Shown: piece after piece, positions 24,179 through 36,031 of the stretch | Layout: every line of letters starts with the position of its first letter | Position numbering within the stretch: position 1 is the stretch's first letter | Source of the DNA: Oopsacas minuta | Lineage: Eukaryota; Animalia; Porifera | Length of the DNA: 64,000 nt | Assembly (NCBI GenBank): GCA_024704765.1 | Contig: JAKMXF010000144.1 | Coordinates: 372,001-436,000, forward strand | Reading direction: 5' to 3' | The notes under the pieces: generated by a model | Database searches by the model: none | What the model was told of the DNA's origin: nothing | What the model saw: the letters and a program-made list of their open reading frames with translations, nothing else | Translations under genes and position numbers: made by a program

Positions 24179-25090
24179 TCAAAATTGTAACACCCATGGG
24201 TGAACCAGGACCTCATCGAGGCTGAGTCTTTCCGCGGGATCAACTTTAAATATTCTATGGAAAAGGTCTTTAGCTTTTGGGGAAAGTTGTTGCCAATTTT
24301 CTCCTTCTCTGCAGTAGTCACCTTTTGTTGTGGAATTAAATATTTCATATGTCATATCTGAACTTGTGGGGTCTGTTACAAATGGAACTGAACCTGTTAA
24401 GAGTAGATAGAGTACGGATCCGAGGGACCATACGTCACTTTTTGAGGATTGTGTTGTTTTTTGATTTGGGGAGGGGGTCTTGTTCCATGTTGTGTCCTTC
24501 AAAAGCACTTCTGGGGGCGCGTAAAAAGGTGTGAAAGACAATTCACTGCTTCCTTCTCTCTCCACGAATGAACTTCCGAAATCCGCCAATTTATATTGAT
24601 ATTGTGTCAGTGTATTTGATTCAGACTGGCTATCTTGTGTATTCAACAAAATATTCTCTGGCTTAATGTCTCCATGCACTATACCATCTTTATGGAGATC
24701 AAACAATCCACAAGCAATTTGCTTAAATATGTGAGCGGCCTGTGACTCAGTGAAAACACAGTAATTCTCAATGAGAGAATACAAATCGCCAGATTTCATC
24801 AAGTCCATGACAATGAACAAACATTTCGCTAGAGGATTTGATTTTCCCATTCTGAATGTGTTCTCATAGACATCCACTATCCTAACAACATTATCAGAGG
24901 ATTGGAATTTCGACTGTAGCTCTACTTCCTGACGGTTGTTCTCTGTATCATACACTAGTTTAACTGCATACTTTTTCTTAGAAATCTTGTTCTTGCATTC
25001 AAATACAACTCCGTGTAAACCTGACCCGAGTTTATTCCTAAAGTCGACTTGATAGTCCAAAGTAATACTCGTTTTTTTGTACATATTCAT
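24179..25090 (-). CDS. MAPK-activated protein kinase-like (MK2/MK5 group) Ser/Thr kinase, intronless
   Basis: LGSG..G, YAVK, HGDIKPENILL, LADFG, FTPFYAPPE, SDVWSLG and WQQLSPKAKDL; the FTP(F/Y)Y P+1 loop resembles MAPKAPK5. Confidence 0.85.
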   Translation of the reverse strand: MNMYKKTSITLDYQVDFRNKLGSGLHGVVFECKNKISKKKYAVKLVYDTENNRQEVELQSKFQSSDNVVRIVDVYENTFRMGKSNPLAKCLFIVMDLMKSGDLYSLIENYCVFTESQAAHIFKQIACGLFDLHKDGIVHGDIKPENILLNTQDSQSESNTLTQYQYKLADFGSSFVEREGSSELSFTPFYAPPEVLLKDTTWNKTPSPNQKTTQSSKSDVWSLGSVLYLLLTGSVPFVTDPTSSDMTYEIFNSTTKGDYCREGENWQQLSPKAKDLFHRIFKVDPAERLSLDEVLVHPWVLQF

Positions 25091-25849
25091 TTCTCGATTT
25101 TCAACTTTATTTTGTACTGCGTATTTATATATCTGTCAAGCAGGGTTCGATTCTATAAGGAACTGTACTTATTTCGTAATATTTAGAAAGTCTTGTGTGC
25201 ATATCACTTAAAATGCGAACTTTAAACTATTGGGTGTAATTTTCAATAGTAATCTCAGTTATTTATAGAGTGTGTAGATAATAGTCCATTGAATAATGGT
25301 AACAGACACTAGTAATGAAAGGAATAACTAAATAGAGCACTATTGATACTTATAATTATTCTATAATTGTTGAAACTAAAGCTTATCATAACGAATTAAT
25401 AATCTTAAGTCTTACAAGGTAAATACGTCAGTTAAAAAGATTCGCAATTAATCAGAAGTTTATGCATGATTTTTACACGGATGATACACGAAGCCAATTT
25501 TCTCCAATGATTAAAAATTTCCCCTACCGAATTGCGTAAATACAGTCAGGTACTATTCAGTATTATGCGAAACAGATGGTTTATCAGCATTATGAGAACA
25601 CGACATTAGCTATAGAATGCTGAATGGTTTGAAGTTACAAAGTGCGTAATCTGAGTGTTTGGCATTATTACATACTCAGTAACTGTATTACCTCAAACTA
25701 GATAAATGAATAGAATTGCTCGTTTGATCTTACGCATGTACATAACTGGATAATGGATAGTTCTAGTTGAATTTAAGGAAATTTGTCCAAACAGAATACT
25801 TCAAGCCTGACAGCCAATTTCCCAGTCTATATACAAATACGAACACTTA

Positions 25850-28800
25850 CTAACCTTGTGTATGTGTCTGTATATGCTTATTAGCTGTTGGTATCATAAA
25901 CAGCTGTTGTGCCAATTCACGTCTAGACATTCTACGCTTTTGTAACTCAATCTGTCTGAGAGATGAGTTCATTATAAACCCAGGCTTAAAACTCTGACAA
26001 GCTTCTTGTAGTGAGAAAGTATTTGACACATTTTTAGGTGACACAGTTTCCCCGACACAATCTGAAGATTTCTGTTCGTCACCTGTCACTAGAAATGCCA
26101 CAGAATTTGATTTGACAGATAGCAACATATCTTCTGGAATGTGGTTAGTCTCAACAATTTGTGTCTGCGTGGCGAGATTAGAGACACAGTTTGTCAGCTC
26201 TCTAGTACGTCTACGGACAGGCTTACGTCTTGGTTTTAATACCAAATGATTCCTACGCGTTTGTCTAGCAACCTTAGAGTGTGTTTGGAATGTAAATAGA
26301 GTAGTATCACTAAGTGATGAAGTCATCTTAGTATTGTATCCACTAATTGTAGAGTCAGCTGATTGCATTTTATTATTACGTCTTATTAGTTGTGGCTTAT
26401 TAGAGAAATATGATATATTCTGCAAATAATCATCCCATAATTCATCCAATTTCTGTCTAGCTATTTCTGTAATCATCTCGTCCATTTTATCGGGAAGCTC
26501 AGGTGTGATAATAGTGTCACAAGGTGGCATAGGTATGGTTTCTTCTTCAGATATATTGGGTCGTATTTTGACATTCCTTTTATCCATAAACTTCTTAACT
26601 TCTGCAACAAACCTATTAATGTACTCAAAACTAGTTTCTCGTTGTATATCAAATTGAGTAGAATCATTTCTAAATTCAACATTTTCTAGAGTTAATGAAT
26701 CTTGGAATGGTTTTGATGGACTGACAACACTAGATTGTGGCAGTGATACAATTTCTAATTGCTTGCTGACAGAATACCCCTCAAATGTATTGAATTCAGA
26801 AGGTGTTAGTGGTAGAAATGTGTCTTCTTCAGCCACATCTTCAGCTTCAAGTTTACTAACATCTACGGTATAATGAGAAGGAACTTTCTCAATTTGATAC
26901 TCATTATTAAATGGTTGTATAGATTGATCAGGAGCAATAACAGTATCATAATCTATTGTATGTGGGTGAACAGATGCGAGAGATTGCTGTGAATCTTTGT
27001 CAGATAAAAATGTAGTAGTTGCAAATGGATTCGTAGGAGTGATGAAATCTGTATAAGGCAGTCGTTGTAAATTGATAAATGGAGTAATAGCTGGCTCCTG
27101 CTGTTTGTTAGAGAGTGTCATCTCGTTTGTTTGTTTGGTATCTAAATTATTTGTTTCAATACTATTCTCCTTATGGGGTGATTCCTGAGGAGAAATTACT
27201 TCAAGATTATTATCATACACATCTTGAGAGACATGAGACTTTAGATTAATGAAAGAAGCAGAGCTTGAGGGAAGAAACATGATAGGTAGTTTGGCAATCT
27301 CTATTCTTGTCAGATTGTGTCATTAGTGGTTGATAATCACATTCTGCTGATGTTCTTGTAATTACCTCATTCCTAGAACATATAATAATAATAATAATAA
27401 TAATAATATGCTTAATGCAATGATATGTTACAACAGGCTATGTAATTAATGTGTAGATTTACAAATGTGTATTGACGCAAATCGGGGTTAGAGTTGACAC
27501 GAAATATGCACTAATCAATCCTAGAAATATATACAAGCTATCGTAGCTATCGTAATAGGTATTAATAATTTCATACAAGTCTACGTACAAATAATTATAA
27601 TTACAAATCATACTCGCCTGTTTTCCATTGTTGGGTCAGGTAATACCTGAAAATTCTCCTCCTTTTCCAGATCTACACAACTATGTCCATGTGTCAACTC
27701 ACGTACAGGCTCTGTTCGTGTGTCACACGTCGACACAATTGCAGATGGCGCCGATTTATACCCCATATCGGTAGGTGGTTTGTCAGATAGTTTGATATCG
27801 TTTAATCTTCGATTTGAAGAGAGTCTTTCGTGTTGAGGAATATATCTTAGAGATTCTAGAACAGACTCAATTGTGGCTACGCAGGAGGATTTTCCGATAG
27901 AATTGCTTGCACTTCCACTATCTGTATAGTTAGGTCGAATTTTATTAGCTAATTCTACTCCTAACTCACTGAGGGAAGTGAAGTTACTGAGAAATTCTTC
28001 ATTTAATAATTGTGTCACCTCTGAATCAGCTGTCATTTCTGATGGCAGAGAAGTGTCGTCCTGATCGTTAAAATTAGATTTCTTTGAAGCCAAAAAATCC
28101 TGAATTAATTTCAAATAATCCACTTTTTCTGATAATTCTTGTTCTGTCTGTAACTTTGGAGGTTGTGACTCATAATCCTGTTTATTATCGTTAACTGTTG
28201 ATTCGAACACCTAGGATAGGATATAACAAAAATAACAACAAATATTTGTATATTTGTAAACAAACACCAACTTACAGGTTTGGTAGCTGATCTCGCTATA
28301 ATCGGAGTTGTCAGTTCTTGTGCAGCAAAATTATCATTTGGACTAGTTACATTATTTGGCGTAGAAGTTAATGTATTGTAACCATGGCTACCAAGGTTGG
28401 TAACTGGAATGGGGACCAGACGTACTGTTGGTGCTGAAGGGAACCTTTTTACATCTGAGAATACATAAAATAATAAATTGAAATAATCACAGACATAACT
28501 TACTGTGTGTAGATTTCAAATCTAATTCAGTCTTCTTAGTTCCAATTACGTCATTGCTATAAGTGCGCTTCTCAGTGGTTAGATTCGGGTTGTTGTGAGG
28601 TCTGCGGAATGTTGGTAGTTTATTAACCAGGAGAGGTGTCATTATTTGTGGCTTCTGAAGTGGCACAGTTGTGTCACGTGACAGATTAGGTAATACTGTC
28701 TCAGATGGCCGTTTTGGAGTAATTTTGCCACGGGATACAGTCCTAGCAACAGGATCTGACATAGGAATGTTAGAAGTGATGTCAGAAAATTTTCTTGAAA

Positions 28801-28906
28801 GGAAAGGAGAAGACATGAAATCTCTTTCTACTGAGCCGATGTCTGTCTCCGTCAAATTGTGTCGAAGTGGTACAGAAGTGGTCCAGCGGACAGGATTAAT
28901 TTCCAT
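25850..28906 (-). CDS. Uncharacterised large S/T/P-rich low-complexity protein, multi-exon (model partly unresolved)
   Basis: Long ORFs 28487-28915, 27608-28210 and 25850-27280 plus an intervening exon near 28455-28277 with consistent GT-AG phases. The junction near 27.3-27.6 kb was not resolved and no domain was recognised. Confidence 0.55.
27382..27408. repeat. (AAT)n microsatellite
   Basis: Direct reading, intronic. Confidence 0.9.
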
Positions 28907-28970
28907 AACTAACAATTTGTTTACATTTAGTTACATAAAAATAACAAACATTGCCATAAATATTAATTAA

Positions 28971-30446
28971 CTATTTTCCAATACAAAATTTACTGAATAT
29001 TCTTGACAATATATTCTCTACTCCAATTTTACCAGTGATATGTCCTAAGTGATATAAACTGTGTCTCAAGTACTCAGCAGATATTCCAGTATCTGTACTC
29101 TCTATAGCCTCTGATAGAGAGCTCGCTACCTCTGTCAAGTGGTATTGATGTCGCTCCCCAACTATTATTACGTCATCATTCAATCCACATTCTATCAGTG
29201 TACCAATTCTCACTGACAAAGATTCTAAGAACTCAGACACACCCTGGTTGTCCTTGCATGATATATATTGCGCATTCTTTATCTCAGGACGGTTGTCAAG
29301 GAGATCACTCTTGTTCACAAGTATGTAAGAAGCATCACATGACGTCATTATCTTAAGAATATCACAGTTAATAGATCGCCCAATCAATCTCAGAGATTGT
29401 GTAACGTCAGGAAAATCTGACACCTCACTGACATCTAACACTGCCACAATTATATCAGCCTCTTTAGCTCTAATAATAGCTCTACCTATCCCTTCACACT
29501 CTATCTGGTCAGAAGTGGCACGCAGCCCAGCTGTGTCGCACACGGAGACCATCATGCCACCAATCTCAAGTCTGCACTCTACGATATCACGTGTAGTCCC
29601 TGGGGTGGGTGAGGTAATAGCTACTTCTCTCTGAGATAATAAGTTCATGAGACTGCTCTTACCCACGTTAGGAGGTCCTATGATTACTACAGTGAATCCA
29701 TTCTTAATTCTGTCACGTATTTGACTATCTTTAAGGAATTGTGTCACAGATTGTAACACCTCATCAGCTGTTATCATGCTCTCAGCTGCTAGAGAGCTGC
29801 CTAGAGATTCACTCTCTGAAAAGTCAATATGTGCTTCCATGTTAGCAACAGCTCCGATCAGCTGTTCAGTCCATTTCTCATAAACTCGAGTCAGCTGTCC
29901 TTCCATGTGACTGAGTGCTACTTTCCGTTGCATTTCAGTTTCAGAATTAACTAGCTCAGAGAGAGCCTCAACCTCCAATAGACTCATTCGTCCGTTAGCC
30001 AATGCACGTTGAGTGAACTCTCCAGGCTGAGCTGGTCGCAGCCACTTCACACCTCTTAGACACCTTAATGTGGCACGGATAACAGCTGGAGATCCATGAA
30101 GGTGTAACTCTACTGTGTCCTCACCGGTAAAACTGCCTCCTTCAGGGAACCATAAGACCACAGCTCTGTCAATTGGCTCAATAGTAATTGGACTATACAC
30201 TCTACGGAGGACAGCTTTCCTCGGTGTAATTTTATTGGTGGATTGTATTAGAGCGTGTAAAGTGGGTAAAGCATGGTCACCTGTTATTCTAATTATAGAA
30301 ATGGCGCTCTTTCCGGGAGGAGTAGAGAGTGCGAAAATTGTGTCCTTATCACCGTAGCCTAGCCCGGATATGTTTCTAGTGACAGGTGTCAAGTGGCATA
30401 GATTATATCCCAAATATCTGGAAAGTATCATCTTCGTATATTTCAT
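28971..30446 (-). CDS. GTPBP3: Mitochondrial tRNA modification GTPase (MnmE/TrmE), intronless
   Basis: TIFALST, SFTGED.VE...HG, GEFT.RA..NG, GPPNVGKSSL.N, PGTTRD, DTAG, NKSD and terminal FSKFCIGK; the exact ATG is uncertain (30446 or 30431). Confidence 0.95.
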   Translation of the reverse strand: MKYTKMILSRYLGYNLCHLTPVTRNISGLGYGDKDTIFALSTPPGKSAISIIRITGDHALPTLHALIQSTNKITPRKAVLRRVYSPITIEPIDRAVVLWFPEGGSFTGEDTVELHLHGSPAVIRATLRCLRGVKWLRPAQPGEFTQRALANGRMSLLEVEALSELVNSETEMQRKVALSHMEGQLTRVYEKWTEQLIGAVANMEAHIDFSESESLGSSLAAESMITADEVLQSVTQFLKDSQIRDRIKNGFTVVIIGPPNVGKSSLMNLLSQREVAITSPTPGTTRDIVECRLEIGGMMVSVCDTAGLRATSDQIECEGIGRAIIRAKEADIIVAVLDVSEVSDFPDVTQSLRLIGRSINCDILKIMTSCDASYILVNKSDLLDNRPEIKNAQYISCKDNQGVSEFLESLSVRIGTLIECGLNDDVIIVGERHQYHLTEVASSLSEAIESTDTGISAEYLRHSLYHLGHITGKIGVENILSRIFSKFCIGK

Positions 30447-30690
30447 TAAGTATATGTGAAACATTAGAATAATTCATAGAAATGTATTATTGTATTTATT
30501 CTCGTATAATTGATAAATCATTGCATAATCGTCCAGATGTGTTCAAATTTAGTTCAATCTATTTACAGAAATGATTAAAGAGAGAGACAAGCTAAAAATC
30601 AAAATTGTGTACCTACAGATTAAACAGCTGATTAGAAGAGATTTGATTGATATGAGGGTGATCAGGATGCCTTCAATTTATTTGTAATTA

Positions 30691-33600
30691 GTCGTAGTTG
30701 AGAGAGCTTAATAGTTTGAATGAGAGACATTTTCTGAGTCCAGTCTTATGGGGAGAGTGCTAAGGAGAGATAGAAGGGTGAAATCAGGTATCACTTTACA
30801 GTGTAATCTCCACAAAAATGCTACCCCGTTGGCCGGTTTTGTCAAATTCCATGTTGTGTAGGTTCATTTGTATGGGACTAGGGATTCGCTTAATGTATAC
30901 TTAAGTTCTCCGTTTTCACAGGCCTATTTTATGGAGATTACACTGTATATTTACAAGAGAATTTGAACTGACCTGTGATTCTTGTGATTTACTAGACTTT
31001 AGACTATTTCTTTTGAGAATCTTTTTGAATTTCATCTCAGATTTCTTCTCTGAGCTTCTTGTAAATCTACATAGATTCTCAAACAGCTTAACAGAGCTAG
31101 CTACAGAGGGTAACTTCTCAGTTTCTATAGCTATAGACTCCATATTCAATACACTCTTTGATTTGTGTATTTCCTGAATAGGAGAGACCTGTATTAATGT
31201 AACAGCTGATCTACAAGGCAGTATGCCTGGACTACACTCAAAACTAGAATTAGAATCTCTGCTAGCACTCTTGTTTACAAAACAAGTAGAATCATTAGAG
31301 CTGATATCTTGCTTGCGTGTGCTGAGGACACGAGCTCTAGGGGGCTTTGTAGGAGTTCTGTGCCTGCTTGGGATCCTTCTGTGTCTCCTATCTGTGTGCT
31401 TGATTAGGTCAGGGAGTTGTTCAAATCTCCGTTCCGTATTTTCAACTGACGGGAGAGAGTATAAGACAGATAAAGAGGGGCAATGAAGTTTTATATAATC
31501 TATGGAATCTTACCTAAATCAGATGTAGAATTAGAAACAACATCTGATCTGTTATAACGTGTTGTGTTAGAAGATTTGCTGGCTGATATAGCCAGGGTGG
31601 CGGTCTTAGTTGCTAGTCGGGTAACGTCAGGAGAGTCCTGTTTACATTTGCGTTTGCATTCAGGAGTGGAGTCGTAGTGGAGATCAAGTTTGGAGGAAGA
31701 GAGTTGTAACTTTGGAGAGGAAATACCATTTTTGAATGCCCATTGTGTGCTTGCAGCAGTCAGTTGTACAGGGGAAGAATCTGTATCAGATGAATCTATG
31801 GGAAATAGCAAAAAGTAATGACTCTCGTGGGGATCGAACCGAACTTGATTCAGTCTGAATTTCAGTTCTAAGCAAAAAGAACTCCCGAGCCGGGAATCGA
31901 ACCCGGGCCGCGCGGGTGAGAGCCGCGAATCCTAACCACTAGACCACTCGGGAGTATGAAAAGATAATAAGTTTTTTTAAGTATAAATTAGCAATTGAAT
32001 ACACTTTCAATACCTTTATCCAGTGATGATCTATCAATTTTCTTGACATTAAAAGGTTTAGCCAGCTTTTTGAAACTTTTTCTAATTGCAACACTTCTTT
32101 GAAAAGTGGCAGGTGTCTCAGAGTCTGTAAAGGAAATATCTTTAGCAAAACTGGAATGGATACCCAAATTCTTAGGTGTTATCTGGAAACAGCTAGGTGT
32201 AAAGTTGAAACAGTTCATCTGTGTCTTACTTGGTCTTGTATTCAACTGGGGAGTATGTGCTCTATCCCTTGGCAGGGCCCCTGATTTCTATATATACACA
32301 TATTGGGTGAATAAACTACCGAAAAACAAACCAGTAATTAGCGATAATTCCTGAATATACTTACAATTATCCTTGCATGTGTGCGTATGAGAGTTGGATT
32401 AGAATCAAAAGTGACTTTTTGAGGCTTATTGATAGCTTCTGGGGAGATGGGCGTACTAGCTAACAGGTAGTCAGGAGAAGGAGTGATTTGGTTCACTAAC
32501 AACCTCTGTGTCTCAGTTCCCCCAAGAGGATCTTCTAATGCATGACGACCAATTGGTGTACAATTGAATTTAGAATCATTTGTAGCAAGGGAATCAGCAA
32601 AATTAACTAAACTCTCCTCAGAAGCGCTAAGATGCATTACGTATTCATATTTCCCCTCCAAAGCCTCGCTCGCCTCTCCTGAAATATCGTATGTCGTGTC
32701 TAGAGGTTTGTTAGTAGGTAATTCGACAGGAGGAGGAGGAGCAGAGAACACATAACAAGGCTCTTCGGGATTAATCTCATTAAAGTTAAGATTTAGCCTA
32801 ACATCGTCCAAAGAGATTCTTTCTGAAGTGAAAGCGAATGGCATTTCTTCTAAAAATAAAATAGATAAATTCCTAAAATATAAATACATACAAAATAGCA
32901 TACCAGATTCTTTATTGGCTTTTTTAAATGCATTCCTCCTCTCCAATCTCTTCTTAACAAATGAGCTAGCATACAGTTTGTTGTTATCAGCTGTTAGAGT
33001 TCTCTCTCTGAACTTTTTCTTATCCTGAATATCTTCCTCGTTTCCCATTCTCTTCCTAATAGAACGGGTCTTGCTCACACAGTGTGTTTTAGGAGAGATT
33101 GTCTTAGCGGAAATAGCCGGTCGAGCATCTAACATTAACATACAAATAATATAATCAGTAAATTGGCATAAAGAACTTACTGGGAGTGTTGAAGTTGTAA
33201 GGAGAAGAAATAGAGATATCTTCCTTCTTCCTCCGTAGACGGAATAAATCTGAAAATGAATCAGTCAAACACAAATTATAAGAATAAAATGTAGAAATAC
33301 AAACCAGTGAGTGAGCCTTTCCTTCTCCGATTCTTCTTATCATTCTGACACATAGAACTCATCATGAAGGAAGGTTGGAAATTGAAACAGAACTTCTCTA
33401 TTCCAACCTTCTCTGAATTATGTAGTAAAGTTTCTAATATCTAAAGTAAACAAGTAAATAAATAAACAGAAATATCCTCTGTTTAAAAGTATCATAGAAA
33501 TTACAGAAATTCCATTCTGAATTTCGCTCTGAGTGACTTTCTTGCTGTTTTGCTTCTGGAAGAGACTAGGAGCTAAAATAATCGCGAGACTATCCAAACT

Positions 33601-34788
33601 CATTTTATTTTGCTTTTCATTAGCTATCACTTTAGCTAGGAATGATAGTAGAGCTTGTAAACATTGAATATGCATTGTAGGAAGTAGGAAGACAGTTAGC
33701 AGAACTGCTTTTAATACTAGTTCTTCTCGTAAGTGGAGAGCTTGCCAGAACATGTTACTCGCATACTCAGGTATAAGAGCTGTTGCCTGGCAACTGAGGA
33801 ATGTCTTGAGGAGGCAAGCTACGTCATGAGCTCTGGGGTTAAGTTGCTCAATAGAAACGCCTGATTCAAGTTTTGCCTTAAATAAAATGGAATAATACTC
33901 ATACCATTAATTCGCTAGAATAATACACATCAAACTACAGTAAAATTGTACTAAGAGTGGCCGTTAGGTACAGGTTACACAAGTTTCACATACTTGCATA
34001 GATTTTATCCTAGAAGCAGATCCAGCTATTCGAAAGAGGCCAACTGTTGTAAGACAATTCTCCAGATATTCTAAACATTCTGCCATTATACTAGAGAGAA
34101 ATAACAAGTCAAAATTATATAAATTTGATATATACATTTTGTCAACAACGTATAGTGAATATTTGTTGTTGTTTAGGTGTACAAAGTGAACAAATTTCTA
34201 AATCATCCGGAAACTTGTTTCAACTGCCTTAATGTGTTAATCGATTCCAATGAATCTGAATTTCGCATTTCAAGTTTCTCAAATGTGAATAATAGTTTGG
34301 GTTCTTATGAAATTCGATGCGAACACAGAGTGTTCGCAAGCAGTTCGCATTATGTAAATACTTACTCAGGTATTCGTACACAGAATGTATTATCCTCAAA
34401 CGTAACCTCATAAGGTATAGTGTATTCATACTCTTCTAAGGGTGTTGAGAACTTCTTTAGAGATTTCTAAATGAGAATTAATTATAATATGTAATATATA
34501 TTTGTCAAAGAAATATTATACATTTGTTCCTGTAGAGAATATCTTAGGTTTATTGTGTCCGTGCGTTCCTTTCCAAGTGCGCCACACATCAATACCAAAC
34601 CCCATTGACTTCAACTCTTCACTGGCAATACATGCCAATACTGAGAATCGGTCGTTAGGGAGAACTTCTCGTTTGGAGGGTCTTGCCTTGAGAGGGCGGG
34701 GAATAGAGTCCTCACTAGATTGGGACTTTACACTTAAGGTGGTAGAGTTTAGTGCGGGGAATCTCTTAAGAGTCCTCTGTAGTGTCAT
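30691..34788 (-). CDS. RhoGAP-domain protein with long low-complexity C-terminus, about 10 exons
   Basis: Exons give FSTPLEE..., ECLEYLENCLTTVGLFRIAGSASRIK, HDVACLLKTFL and NKMSLDSLAIILAPSLF. Downstream exons are phase-consistent to CAG|GTCAGT at 30972; the terminal exon (about 30763-30691) is tentative. Confidence 0.8.
30799..30945. mobile_element. MITE family 1 (Tc1/mariner-type), 147 bp
   Basis: TA|CAGTGTAATCTCCACAAAAAT ... ATTTTATGGAGATTACACTG|TA: 14-bp perfect TIR plus extension, TA duplication. Confidence 0.8.
31819..31840 (-). pseudogene. 3' remnant of a tRNA (T-loop/B-box + acceptor arm)
   Basis: The minus strand reads GGTTCGATCCCCACGAGAGTCA then TTACTTTTT. The 5' side of the T-stem and everything upstream are missing. 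Confidence 0.55.
31882..31953 (-). tRNA. tRNA-Glu(CTC), intronic in the RhoGAP gene
   Basis: TCCCGAG-TGGTCTAGTGGTTAGGATTCGCGGCT-CTC-ACCCGCGCGGCCCGGGTTCGATTCCCGG-CTCGGGA-G: intact cloverleaf with A and B boxes and a TTTTT terminator at 31878-31874. Confidence 0.95.
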
Positions 34789-35091
34789 GCAGAGAGGACG
34801 CTAATCAGCTGATTTAACGCAGGAAATGAAATATAATAAACTAAACCTGAATAGTTCAAACTATACAGTCAAATATGTCGAGCAGCTGCCATGATGAGAG
34901 TATATTCAATGCTCTAATATATTTCCACTAATTGCTCACAAATGGTAAGGGGTTCCCAGGCCAGCTGGACAATTAGGAATAATCTGTAAGTGAATAGATA
35001 CAAATATAGCCATTCAGAATCAAACAATTTACAACAAGAATAAGTGGAGAGGAAATAGGAAAATCAGGATAATTACACTCATATATTTACA

Positions 35092-35586
35092 TTAGTTACT
35101 ATTAAACACATAATCCACACATCCAAGAGAGTTGCCATTCTGATCAGTTACAGATACTCTACCTTTACAAGTAATACCCTCTGGGATAGGATAATCCAAA
35201 GGGTATGTGATCTTATGAGAGTAGTTTCCAGCGGATAACGGACACTCACCATCAGCCAATTCCAAGAGATTGCAGAGCCCCATAGTCTTAGATAAGATTT
35301 CTATACCACTCATATAAACAGTTAATGATACACGACCACCTGATACTTCCTCTTGAAGAGTGAAGTCATAATATATAGTGACCTCAGAATTACCGAATGA
35401 AGCACTTAGAGCATTTATAGTAGCCATGGATCCATCGGAGGAGCAATCCGTAAATGAAATTGAATCATCACTCTGAACAGCTGGTATGTATCCTATAAAT
35501 GGTCTCTTAGCATAGTTCCCCCTCATATTTCTACCCAAACAGCTGACTGTCATGAGCGATAGGATGAGCATTGATAAAGTCCACAT
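35092..35586 (-). CDS. ML-domain (NPC2-like) protein, fourth copy
   Basis: The signal peptide probably starts at MWTLSML; motifs SFTDCS, GLCNLLE...ECPLSAG and DQNGNSLGCV. Confidence 0.85.
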   Translation of the reverse strand: MWTLSMLILSLMTVSCLGRNMRGNYAKRPFIGYIPAVQSDDSISFTDCSSDGSMATINALSASFGNSEVTIYYDFTLQEEVSGGRVSLTVYMSGIEILSKTMGLCNLLELADGECPLSAGNYSHKITYPLDYPIPEGITCKGRVSVTDQNGNSLGCVDYVFNSN

Positions 35587-36031
35587 AATGGAGAGATGAA
35601 TATGTACACTAATTGAGCAATAATATAGACTCCGTTCAAAGAAGTTATGCAAATAAATTGACAATTAAAATGCGAAAAAAGGCCAGAATAATAACAACAG
35701 TTAGCAATACATTAGTATCAGACTTCATTCCCTCTATATATACCCCTCTACCACTGCGTTATACAGCTGGATAGCTTATTATCTTGAAACCTAACCTATC
35801 GTTATTACGTGAAACCATCTGTTAGCGAAAACAAGTTAGAAGCAAAGTGGACATGGCAGTGGCCTCCCAGAAGGACTACAGATCAATGACTGGTGAGTTC
35901 TAACCGTAGAGTGACCAGTCTTTTGAAGATCAAAGAAATACACAATCAACATATCAAGAAATGTTTACACATATTTAAAATAATCGACAAATGTGATTTT
36001 TTATTATTATTTACGAAATAAGTGAAAATAA

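Noticed and set aside
35853-35898. Possible plus-strand first exon MAVASQKDYRSMT-G|GTGAGT
   Set aside because: No phase-compatible downstream exon giving a credible protein was found, so it is left unannotated.
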